Below are positions 1-13,400 of a DNA stretch of 64,000 nucleotides, piece by piece. The notes under the pieces were generated by a model. The model was not told the origin of the DNA, made no database searches, and saw only the letters and a list, made by a program, of their open reading frames with translations. How positions within the stretch are numbered: position 1 is the stretch's first letter; every line of letters begins with the position of its first letter. Source of the DNA: the human T2T-CHM13v2.0 reference genome, Homo sapiens; NCBI RefSeq assembly GCF_009914755.1, contig NC_060940.1; one strand, written 5' to 3'. Both the position numbers and the translations under genes were made by a program.

Positions 1-974
1 TATGATATTATTCTTTGTTTTCCTTATCTTTAATATTACATGCACGTGTGCATGCACACACACACACACACTCATATCTACACACTGCAGGCAAACATGC
101 ATATACACATTTTCTTCCCACTCTTTTGGTTAAAAAATTGTCAAAGTCCATTCTTATTTTTCTCTTTTCTTTTTAATTTGGCCTCATGGTTGCAATAAAT
201 TGCAATTATCTCTTCAACCTAGATGACCAACAGGTGGCAAAACTCAGGCATAAAGAATGAACAAACTCCATCAGCTTCTTATTGGAGGCAATTTTCAACA
301 TTAAAGTAGGTTTTCTCATATGTCATATATGGGACAAAGTGTTATTTATCTATCCCTGGGGCCCAGTGCAAAATACCAACTAATATCTTTTTAGGAACAA
401 TGTGGGATTAGGGAGCTATTACTTAACACTGTTGGAAAATCATGAATGATATATAATGTTTTTTCAATTATCATCTTTCTTGTGTCCCGGCACCTCTGCA
501 AGCGACTAATGTTTTAGTATAATGGTCAAAGAACTCTTTGTAAATAATTATTATTTTCTTCTTTAGTTTGTGGTTTGTTAGTTTATAGTTCGGTGAGAAA
601 CTAGGAACTAAATTTGGAACCCACTTTTTATAGCTGTAAAGAATATCATGGTACACAAATTCAACTATTTTTTACATTTATTTAACAATTACGCAAGTGT
701 ACTAAATTAATTTGTTCTTATTTAGTTGTAGATATTTCTAGATGTTTCCTCTTAATATTTTATCTATTTCTTTAGAAAAGTTAAGCAAAATAAAACCTAA
801 ACTGTTTACTCTGCACTGAAAAGCTATTTCCAGGTGGTTAGAATTTCTCTAGTTATCCCTCAAAATTTAGCATAAGTCACATCTCTTTCAGAAAGCCATC
901 TTAACACACCGTTCAATTTTGTTTGTTTGTTTTCCTTGTTGCTTTTTAAGACTCATTACATGATAGCCTGAGGA

Positions 975-3330
975 ACTCTACAAACCCAGTCTCCAGAAAA
1001 ACTGGTGAAAGTTTTTTTAAAAATAATTAGTCTATGGAAAAAGTCCTAAGGGATACAGCAGGTGAGACAAAAAGATTGAGGTCACTGCCTCCTTCTCTCC
1101 ACAAAGCACTTCACTCCTAAAGAAAGGAGTTTCAAAGCCATGGCTCAAAGATTTTGCTTGAGAGTGAAAGAGAAAAGCAGGCCTTGAAGCAGAAAGTTCC
1201 TTCATATACAAAGGAATGTGACCTTCAAGCCTAAGTGTAAACTCAAAACACTAAAGGTTGCTATGAAAGACAAATGAGAGAGTGTTGGTAGATCTGGTAG
1301 ATTCACTGGAGAGAGAGGCTAGTTGCCAGAGAGAATGCAGATAGAGTCAGCTGAAATGAGCCTTCTAGGAAAAATAACAAATCTCAAACATTTATCTAGG
1401 GAATCATTTCTTTAACAGAGCCCAAATTTGAACAGATCATACCGTGGAACAAATTATGACCTAGGACGCTTTTGAATACAGTTGAGCAGTTGGCTGGCAA
1501 TTAAACAACCTTAATAGCTGGATGTGGTCAGGGACAGAGACAATCAAAGAGAGCCCTGCCAAAACCACTGTATTTCCAGGTGTTTATGTAAATATCCAAC
1601 ACTGTACCTCTGGAGAAGTAAGATCACAGATTTTACACCAATGGGGAAAAAAGGTTTTACTAAAACAATTCAGCAAGTCACAAACAAGTGAGTAATAATT
1701 CCAAACTCCAGAGGAGGATTGGTAACTAGAATTGCTGCATTGTATTATTGAAAATATCTAGTTTCCAAAAAAAGTTACATGACATGAAAATAAGCAAACA
1801 ATAAACAAACATAGGTCAGAGAAAAATCAGGCAAAAGAAATCATATGTGAGAGTGACCATATGTCAGATTTAACAGAGTTCAAAGTAGCCATTAACATAT
1901 ATTTAAAAAGGCATAATTAAATATGTAAATGAAGATGCCATAACAACATAACATCAAGTAGAGAATATCAATAAAAAGACAGAAATTATTAAAAAGGAAG
2001 CAAATGGAAATTGTGCAGTAGGAAATTACCATAACCAAAATTTTAAATTCACTAGAGAGACTCAAAAGTAGATTTAAATTGGCAGAAGAAAGAATTACTG
2101 AAAGTGAAGATCAGTAGAGAATCAAAGAACAGCAGTTAAAAAAAAATAAAGAAAAATGAGCAGAGCCTCAGTGAAATATGGGACACCATTAAGTGTCATA
2201 TATGCATAATAGTAATGAGAGAAGAAAAGGAGACAGAGAATGGAGAAAAAAATGAACAAATAATTCCTGTAAACTTCCCAAATTTATTGAGAAACACTAG
2301 CCTGTATATCCTAAAACTTCCCCAACAAACTCTAAGTAGGATAAACACAAAGAGACTCACAGACATATCATATCTAAAATGCTAAAAGCCAAAAACAAGA
2401 ACATTTTGAGACCAGCGGGAGGTGAACAAACAAACAAACAAAAACTAATCACCAGGGAACCCCAATAAAAATAGCAGCTAACTTCTCATCTGAAATAAAG
2501 GAAGTGAGAAAACAGTAGGATAACTTATTCAAAGTGTTCAATGAAACATAACTGTCAGCCAGGAATCCTATATCCATCACAAGTATCTTTCATAAATGAA
2601 GGTAAAATAGAGTCATCACCAGATAAGCAAAATCTTAGAAAATTTGTTCCTAGTAGAATCCCTGCTACACTCACAATAAATGATAAATTCTTCCGTTGAA
2701 AACAAAGGATCCTAGACAATAATTCTAATCCAAACGAAAAAAATAAAGAGAAAGGAAAACGGTAAAGGTAATTATGCCCTTATAAAAGACTGTATAAATC
2801 CACATTACTCCTCGTTTCTTATTTTAACCATAATTGCATAAAACTCTATGTATCTATTTATATTATCGTATATAATAGTATTGCTGAGCTTGTAACATAT
2901 CAAAATGTAATATGTTTGCCAATCATAGCAAAAAGGAGGTGAGTGGGTATGAAAGTGTACTGGGCTAAGAAAATGAATTTAGGTTGTAATTCAAATCGAC
3001 AGGAACAAATGAAAAGAACAGAAATGATGAATAAAAAGATTACTATAACAAAAGCTATGAATATATACTTTCACTCCTCTAAGATTCTTTTAAAAACACA
3101 ATATTATATAAAGTAATAATTATAGCAATACAATTTTAGGGTTTATAATGTATATGTATAAGATGTACATCAGTGATATCACAAAATAGGAGGGGAAGGC
3201 AATAGAACTATATAGGAGTAGCATTTTTATATCTCACTTGAATTAAGATGATATACATCTGAAGCTTATTCTGCCAAGTAAAATGTATATGCTAAGCCCT
3301 GGAAGAACCACTAAAAACTTACAAATATTT
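975..3330 (+). mobile_element. Ancient L1M 5' region / ORF1 remnant
   Basis: A-rich with degenerate ORF1 hallmarks (ATATGGGACACCATTAAG, AACTTCCCAAATTT, CAGCTAACTTCTCATCTGAAA, AGGAATCCTATATCCA). No open frame; boundaries approximate. Confidence 0.7.
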
Positions 3331-4881
3331 GTTACAAATAATTACATACTTTTGGGTGTATGTTTGTATACAAATACATTTCCCTAGTCTCCAAATTTTC
3401 TGTAAGGAATATAACTGATTTGATAAACAGGAAGTAAACAGTGACTTTTTGCAAAAAAAAATCTTTATGCTGTAGGATTTGACATCTTACATGTTATTTG
3501 AGATTTGACACTAAAATAAAATAATAAGAAAATAAAAAAATATATTGTGCTTCATCAAAATTAAAAATATTTGTGTTTTAAAGGAAACTATCAAATAAAG
3601 TAAAAAGACACTGACAGAATAGAGAAAACATATCACATTCATATATCTAAAGTCATATAATCATAAAATCGTTCCTTGATATATTATTACAGCCTATTAA
3701 TATGTTCCTTGGTCTTGCTTTTGCCAGTGCCCTTCCCACCCTTCCTGTCACTTTCAGATAAATTTCTCCAGCTGTTAATTTTTTTGTCCAGTATAAAATT
3801 TATCATAAAACAACTTTTGAGTTTGTACTGCCCTAAAACATTCTTTTCAAAATTATGTGGTTTAAATTGTAACTCGTTGATTCTTGAGCCCTCTATATCT
3901 CCTCCATAGTTATCTACGACCACAGTGATCCAGTAAATGATCAATGAATACCTCAAAACATTCAAACTAATTAATGTAATCTAACCCATAATCTTAAATA
4001 ATATATTATTTTTATTAATTCATTCATTTTCTTGATAGCTTTATCTACTCTCTGCCCTCATTTTGATTATTGAATATGTGTAGTGATGTATAAGTACTCT
4101 TCTATGTGCCTTCAATATAAGAAAAAGCAAACAGAGATAAAGACTCTGTTCTCTCAGAACTTATAGTACAGTAGCAGAGAATAATCAAACAGTGTTGAAT
4201 TATACACTAGACTGAGAGATATGAAGAAAAGCAGACAGTTTTAGTGCAGCACATCACAGAGAGAGCTTAACTAGGTTGGAGGGTTTAAAGAGGATGGACT
4301 TTGAACATTCGCAGTTGGAGTTGAGGTAGGTGAACTAGGAAGCATTCCATTTAGAGAACATATTGGGACCTTGTTGACGTTGACTTATCAACCTTGCTGG
4401 GGGGAAAATGATTTCCTTCAGTATTTGCAAGGATGCTACAATGAGCATGGGTCTCTAGCTCCAGTGATAGATCTGCTTTTGCCTTTTATGTTCACCTCCT
4501 ACTCCCTTTCTAGGGCCATTTTCCAGAGTTTGTATTTTCGTGGCACTTCTGTCCATACTGGCCATGCCTGTGCCTACTTTGTGAGAGGCAAGTCCTTCCA
4601 GTTTTCTTAGACCATCCTTCTTTCAAAGTCCCTTACAAGCCCCACCTTTTCCAGAAGGCTTTTGTTAGAATCAGCAGCAATTATCATCTGCCTTCCTTCC
4701 TTCTCTCTCTCTCTCTGTCTCTCATTTTTTTTAACTTCACAAGAGTTGTTTAGAGTTATTAAGCTGTGTAGTAAATATTCTATCTATCCAGTAAATGTGA
4801 GATTTTCTTGTCTCTTCAATTAAGTTAAAAACATATTTCAAAAAAATTATGACTTTTTCTTTTCTTTTTCGTAAACTTGTT

Positions 4882-5341
4882 TATACTAGTTTCCTAGGGC
4901 TGCCATGACAAATTACCACAAGCTTCATGCCTTAAAGACATAGAAATGTATTCCTTTACACTCTCACACTTGGAAGTCAGAAGTCCAAAATCAAGGTCTC
5001 AGTGGTGCCACATGCCCTGAGAAGCCTCCAGTGAAGTATCTTTCTTTGTCCATTTCAGCTTCTAGTATCTCCAATATTTCGTGGTTTGTGATGACATAAA
5101 TCCAGTTTCTGCCTCCATCTTCACATGGCTTTCTCGTCTTCTTCTTGTATCTTCTCTTCTATTTCTAATAAGGACACTTGTCATTGGATTTAAGGCCTAC
5201 CTAGGTGATCTAGAATAATCCCATCCCAAGATCCTTACTTAATTACATCTACATAGACCGTTTTCCAAATGTGATCTTGGCAGGTTTCTGGGGTTTCGAA
5301 CTGGACATATCTTTTTTGAAGGCCACTATTCAGTCCACTAA
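4882..5341 (-). mobile_element. MaLR solo LTR, MLT1C-like
   Basis: TAGTTTCCTAGGGCTGCC...AAATTACCACA...GAAGTCCAAAATCAAGG...AGGACACTTGTCATTGGATTTAAGGC...GGACATATCTTTT matches the MLT1 LTR in reverse orientation. Confidence 0.75.
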
Positions 5342-5851
5342 ATTATCTCTTCCCAAAAGCTAGGACATTCATGACTAACTAAAATAATACTATCACAAAT
5401 ACCCTTTTGTCCTAGAAAACAGAGATATGCGACATTAATGTGGTTGTGCATAATTATTTGAATTCATTCTTCAAAATATCATAAATATCAGCTCAAGAAG
5501 GTTAAGTACCCCATAACTCTCTCCTGAGAATTTCGATAAATGCCTTTTGTCATTCATTCATTACCTTATTATTCTTCTATTCAGTTATTCAATACATAGT
5601 TATATATATATATGTCCAGTTAAGATGAATCTCCTACAACCAAGTAATCCATAGTATTTTAAGAAATATCACATTATAGTGGTTTATCTATATATTCATT
5701 TATCCTACAAGTTACTCATTTTCACTGTATTGTGGAAGAATACAGAAAGAAGAAACACTTTTCTACAGTCACAGGAAGATTTAAAATAGGGAATTATCTT
5801 TCGCCTTTAAAAATTAGGAAAAGTACTTTACTTTAGGTATAGAAAGGTGGA

Positions 5852-6424
<573 letters not shown>

Positions 6425-9400
6425 TCATGTGATCACTGGCAAGCCGTTGAACTATTTCTGGATCAGATTTCTTTTTTAAAAATTAGCAAAAAGCAGACTG
6501 AAAGAGAAATTATGTTTCATTTTGTTTAGCCCTAAGTAGATGAATGTTTATCCCAGGTATATGAATGCCTCAGAAATCTACTGGGTATTTCTTGAAACTG
6601 CTAAAACACAGAAAAAACAATAAAACAAATAAAACCTATAGTTCCATGTCCCCAAACACCACCAAAATATCTTATCTTTATCGATATTATATGAACAGAC
6701 ATGACTGAAATTACAACTTATAATTTCCAACATAAGTGTCATATTTAAATACTGAAGATTCACTTGTATCTAAATTAATGAAATGATAGCAGTTCAAATT
6801 TTAAAGATATTATAGAGCAATAAAACTAATCAGATAAGCTTCTAAGGAAATTATTTATGTCCTTTGTGACTGGCCCCAAAATGTTTGCCTTTCATCTGAT
6901 ATACAAACACTAAATATAAAGATATTATAATTAGAAACTTGATTAACATTCATTAAAGATTAATTTGCTAAACACAAGAGATGTGACAAAGTGGTCTGGA
7001 AGGAAAAGCCCATATCAATTGGTCACAAAAGTCAGGCGGTTTTCACATATGATAGAAGAAAAGGCTGAAATAGCATCTGGTATAAACAAGTTCTTGACTT
7101 CTACCATTTGAGTAGTAGTGACTTCCTATCACCTCTCTGTCACATACCCTCATGAATTGCCCATTAATTTTGCCCTTTTATAATGAAAGGTAATGGAATA
7201 CTGCCAAGTCTAAGTTACTTGGGAATTTGCTTTTAACTGGTTTCCATGAGCTGCTGTTTTTGCAGGCATCGATTGAAATAAACAGACTTGCCTTTTCAAG
7301 CTATAAGAGAGAAAAATGATTTGACAAATTTAGGTTTACTAGTGGGGCACAATAAATAATTCTTGAGCTTTCTACAAGTAGAAGGGTAGAAGCTATGAGC
7401 ACTAAATTATAGTCAATTGGGGAATGCAGAATAAGAGAATTTATAATTGAATAGGTAATAAGAGGAGCAGTGGAATTTTATAAAAATAAGAAGATGTGAA
7501 TTGAATATATCATGGAAATACAGCAACTTAGTAAGCTTAAAATAAAATTGATGGGAATTTGAAAGAAGATATTGGAAATAATGTCAATAGTGGGGTTAAG
7601 CTCTCAATGACTAAAGACGAAACTTTTTGAGACACATTTTGCCCATAAATGGCATATTAATTTCTAAATCATTAGTGATGATTTATCAAATCCATAGATT
7701 ATTAGATAGCTGAGGAACAAGTTAGAATGTAATTAACCAACGGACACCAAGAGGGTAGCCATGCTTCTGGGGATATTTTTGATAGTTTTTATCTTTACAG
7801 TATTGTTTTTATGCATTCCCCTTTCTCTGTTATGGCAACTGTATTCTTGCTGTGGTTCAAATGCAGACTTTTGACACCATCAAATACTTATCAAAAAATG
7901 TCTGCGTTGTGTTGTACACAGAAGGAGGAGTTGACCACCAGAATTTCAATAATTTTTGAGGATAAGATTGTGAAATTTCCAGCAAGCCAGAGTATAAAGA
8001 GTAGTCACTTTATTTCACTCCTTGAAATCCCAGTCATATCTAGAGTAGTTTATAATTAAATTAGAACTTTAATCAAATTGGGGCTTTAGTGTCTAATGAA
8101 CAAAGCTTATAAGTTATAGCCTTTCTATTAACCAAGAAGTGGCTCTCTCAAGAGAGGGGAAGAAATTCTTTCTCTCACTGAGAAAGCTGTGGACTTAGAC
8201 ATTTTTGAAAATGCCTTAAACTCCCTGGAGAAAGTGACTCTTAAACAGTGACTTTGATTCAAGCCCTCACTGACCCCTGTGTGTTTTCCCTGACTGCCAA
8301 AAAGCATGCTATCTTGCTACTCCATTTTCAAATGCTCTCTAAATGGGGAGAAAATGTGCAGGTCTCTTGTTTATTACATTCGTCTTCAGTGAACCTGGAA
8401 ATAGTGGAGTTCTGTATAACCACTTGGCAAGTTCTTCACTCCACCTTTTCCTACGTATCTACAATGAACCCTCAGAATCCTTTCTCCTCCTCACAAGAAT
8501 TGACATCTTGAAAACCAGGGTAGGCACATTTACGGTTGTAAAATTTTAATCCGATGGGGAAAAGATTTAGAGCTACTGGAGAGAGACCTGACTTTATCCT
8601 TCATAGCCTTTTAATCTTAGATCCTTTCTTTATATTTCATAAATGTAAAATTTTAGTAATCACACTCCAAATAAAGATAACATGAGAGACAGTTTATAAA
8701 AATCAATAGTGTGAATGAGCATGGAACTATTATGTTTTCTATTTTTCTCTTAATTTGTGTTTTATAATGCGTCCTACTTTTAATTATTTAAGTATGCTTA
8801 CAAATTTGTTGTCCTCTGTTGTCTATACCGTGCATACAAATGTCATCTTTTTTGTTTCACTTTTGATGCGTGTGTATGTGTGTGTGCACATATATGGCTT
8901 TTGTTTCTTTTGTTTTAGTTTTGATCTGTGTCTTCATCCTATTATGTATTACTTTGGTTCAATTTGTAACTCTAAAATATTGACTCCTTCCTTTTATACC
9001 CTTAAGTACATATTTCTATCCTGTTTACATATCTCTTATTTTTTCCATGGTGCAACAGGTAAAGAAATAAAATTGGATAGTGAGTTTATTGCTTCTCATG
9101 TCCCTTTTAGTAAACTAAGTCTTCTTTGCAAAAATCTCTAATTCTACTCTGCCAACTGAGTTGCATTATATGTCAATTACTAAATCCTTAGTGGTATTTC
9201 CCCCTAATTGTTTCAAATAGGATTGACTCGAGATTATTGGAAGTGAATTTCTTGAGTTTACTTTGCTAAGTGTTTCTATTTAATCTCTTATATTTTAGAA
9301 CCTTAGGGATACTCAGTTTCAGAGGAATTAATGTGTCGACATATCTAATGTTCAGATTAAACATTCATTTAATACTACTTTACAACATAGTGACCCCAGT

Positions 9401-9611
9401 ACATGCCCATGCAAACACAAGCAACACACACAATTTACTAGATACGAAAGCTAATATTGTAAACTACCCAGCATCTATTGAGTGATCTGTTATACCTCAC
9501 TCTCTCTTTGAAGTTTGTCAGATCAAAATGAAGATTTTTTTTTCAAATGGGGAAGAGATTTCAGGGTATATATGGGTTGAAATCAATCTATATGTAATAT
9601 ATAACATAGCA

Positions 9612-9690
9612 TTAGGTTGGTGCAAAAGGAATTGCAGCTTTTGCCATTACTTTCAATGGAAAAACTGAAATTATTATTGCACCAACCTAA
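9612..9690. mobile_element. MADE1 (Hsmar1-derived MITE)
   Basis: TTAGGTTGGTGCAAAAGGAATTGC...TTATTGCACCAACCTAA forms a ~80-bp palindrome, with TA on the right and CA (decayed TA) on the left. Confidence 0.9.
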
Positions 9691-9734
9691 TATGTTGAAG
9701 AAGTATGTATTGTTGAATATCTACTGAGTCCAAA

Positions 9735-9786
9735 CGAAATCATGCCACTACACTCTAGCCTGGGCAACAGAGCGAGACTCTGCCTC

Positions 9787-9817
<31 letters not shown>

Positions 9818-9845
9818 GAAAAACAAACAAACAAAAAAACAAACC
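9735..9845 (+). mobile_element. Alu 3' fragment (~50 bp) with A-rich tail
   Basis: CGAAATCATGCCACTACACTCTAGCCTGGGCAACAGAGCGAGACTCTGCCTC followed by A/AAAAG/AAAC repeats. Confidence 0.85.
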
Positions 9846-9866
9846 AAGAAACCTAGGGTGGCCTGA

Positions 9867-10261
<395 letters not shown>

Positions 10262-10489
10262 AATATAGTATTTTTAATGCTGATCACTCTGCAGCCAATG
10301 CACAAGTATAATAAACTAATAATGTCAAAAGAAAGGTTTGGTGATTTCATTAACATGGAATTTTTTTTCAGTGAATTCATGTTCAGAAATTTTAATAGTC
10401 ATATATTTTTGAATATATGATGGTGACTTCCTTATTTTTTTTATGTGGAGTCAATTTTTGCATTTAAAGTAAGCCATGAGAATGAAAAG

Positions 10490-13400
10490 CATATAAATGT
10501 TAAGAATTTATTATAGTGGATTTTCCCAGAATGAACGCACCCATGTAACTATCACTTACATCAAGATATCCAAAGTAGCCAATACCCCAGAAGCCTTTCA
10601 TTTACCCCCTTCCAAGTCATTATCTCCCTCAAGATAACCTCTACTTGGTTTAACAGTATGTTAGTTTATCTTCTTCAGGAATTCATAAAGATTGAATTCA
10701 TACAGTGTATACATATTTGCATGTAGATGCTTTAGTTCAATGTAATATTTTTTCATTCATATAGTTGCAGCAGTACATCAGGCTTTTCCATTGTTTGGAA
10801 AGAATTCCATTGTATGAATATACCACAATTATTTATCTGTTCTCTTATTGGTGGGCATTTGGGTTCTTTCAGTATTATGCTATTTTGAATTTCACTATTA
10901 TAAATATTTTCTATATGTCTTCTGATGCAAAAATATATTAATTTCTGTATATTACATATTTCAATATCCTGTGAAATATTACAGGTCATGCATACATTCA
11001 GCTTTCGCATTTTTTTCCAAATATTTTTCTAATGTGGATATACCAACTTACCCTCTGACCAGCACTGTACTAAAGATCAAGCTGCTGCATATTTGCATCA
11101 ATACTTGGTAAAATCAGTTATCTATTATTCTGTTTTAATTTTAGAAATTGTAGGAGTGTTGAAGTTGTATTTTAGGTATATCTCAATTTGCAATGTCCTG
11201 AATATTTGATACTTAGGGCCTTTTCTTATGTTTACTGGCCACTTGGACATCTTCTTTGTGAAATACCTGTTCAAATTTTCCTTTGTTAATTAAGTTGCCT
11301 ATATTTTCCTAATTGATATGCCTACACTATATTAATAATGTGAGTCCTTTAGTAGATATATGTACCACAATTCCTTCTTCTGCCCAATGGCTTAATTTTT
11401 CTTTCTCTTAGTAGTATCATTTGATGAGCATAAATTCTTAATTCAATCAATTGAATTCATCAATATGTGCTTTTGTTAATTTTAGTGCTTTTTTCATTCA
11501 TTATTTTCCTATTCCAGAATTTGAAAATCCCATGTTAACTTTTGGAAGGTCTATTATTTTAGTTTTTACCTTTATATCTTTGACCTATGTGAACATTATT
11601 TATATTGACGGTTGGAAGCACAAGTCACAGTTCAGTTTTTTTCCACTTGCAGGTATCCAGTTTATGGTCCACATTATTGCTATTTCCCCCTGTGGCATCT
11701 TTGTTATAATTCAGTTGAGCATTTTCTCTGCAGGCCTATTTCTGAAGTCTTCTATTCCATTGGTCTATTTTTCTATCTTTTTAGTCCTACAATCCTTTAA
11801 GAACTCTATCTTATAATAAACCTTCATATAATGATATTATAAGACAAACAATTTTGGTTCTTGGTAAATATTTTATTATTTTTGCCCTTTAAATTTCTAT
11901 GCACATTATAGCATCATTTGCCAAATTATACACACACGTGCACATGCACACTCACACACACACAGAAATTTTGGAATGTATTGATACTGCTTAGATTCTA
12001 CAGATAAATTTAGAGAATTGACATTTTACATTTGAATCTTTCAAATTGCAAACTTTGTATCTTTAATTTTTATCTTTTGTGTGTTTAATCTGTATCTTCA
12101 TTTGTATCTTTAATTTTTCTCAGTAATGTTTTGTAGTATTCTGTTTAGAGGCCTTGCATCAGATTGTTTTGCTATGTAATTGAAGTCTGCTCAATATTAT
12201 AGGTAGTATTTTGTTTAATTTTCTGAGTATTGGTAGAAAACAAAATGCAGTAATTTTTGTAACTCTGACAACCATGCAAACTTGACTTACTATTTATAAT
12301 AGTTTATAGATTATTTTTGTATTTTTGTACTCAATCATGTTGATTGTGAGTAATGACAATCATATTTCTCTCTTTCCGATATTTATGCTTTTATTTCTTC
12401 CTCGAACCTTATTGTATTGACTAAAACCTTCAGTATAATTGAATAAAACTAGCAATGGTAGACAACTTCATCTCATTTGGAATCTAAGTGAGAAAGGTTT
12501 CAGCATTTCACCACTAGATCTGATATTTACTATATGTTTCTTTGTAGCTATGTTTTATCAAATTAAGTCCCCTTCTATTTCTAGTGTGCAAAGAAATTTT
12601 ATTATGAAAAAGAAATGCATACTTAACTTTTTCTGCATCTATAAAGATAGATCATCTTTTTCTCTATCTTCTCTCAATATTTTAATTTGAATAAAAACAT
12701 TTTTAAATGTTATAATCTGTCCTTGTATTCCCTGAGTGTAATGTTTTGGTATATTAGTGAGTTTGTTTTGCTAATATGTTACCTAAGATTTGTATATCAG
12801 AAGCAGGCTGTTAATTCTCCTATCTTGTAAAATTCTCATCAGGTTTTAGCATTAAGATTACACTGACTTTGGGACATTAAGTGGGAAATGCTCCCTCTTT
12901 TACTTTTCTCTGTTGAAATTTATATCGGTGAGTTCATTTGAGCATGAGAACTTATGTGTCAGAGTTGGTAATTATGTATTCAATTATTCAATAGAGAAGT
13001 AATAGACATATTTTTCTATTTTTTCTTATTTATGCCATTTTGCAAAGCCTGCGTTTTTAAACTCGCCTCTATCACAATACATTTTAAAAGTTTTTGACAT
13101 AAATATGTTCAGTTCATGCTGTGTTTATGCTAAATGTATTTATATTTTTGCCAATAACTTTTAAAATTGGAATAAATATTTCCTTTATCTTTTTTCTTTT
13201 TTTCCTTTTTAAAAGCAGACTGCCACACGTCACACCTCATTTGGATGTGTCTGAGGTCTTGGAAGCTCGACTACCCTACGTTCTCCTACAAATGAAGCTT
13301 GAGACCGTGTCTGAAGAATCTATCACGGGAGCACAGCTACTCCTATATCCTTGACCAAAGACCGGTCCTCCTCGGGGATGGTCATTTTCTTCCACGAGGC

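Noticed and set aside
471-4610. Short ORFs of 61-92 aa in AT-rich and L1M sequence
   Set aside because: They have no recognisable domains or exon structure, often start at non-ATG codons, and their lengths are expected by chance.
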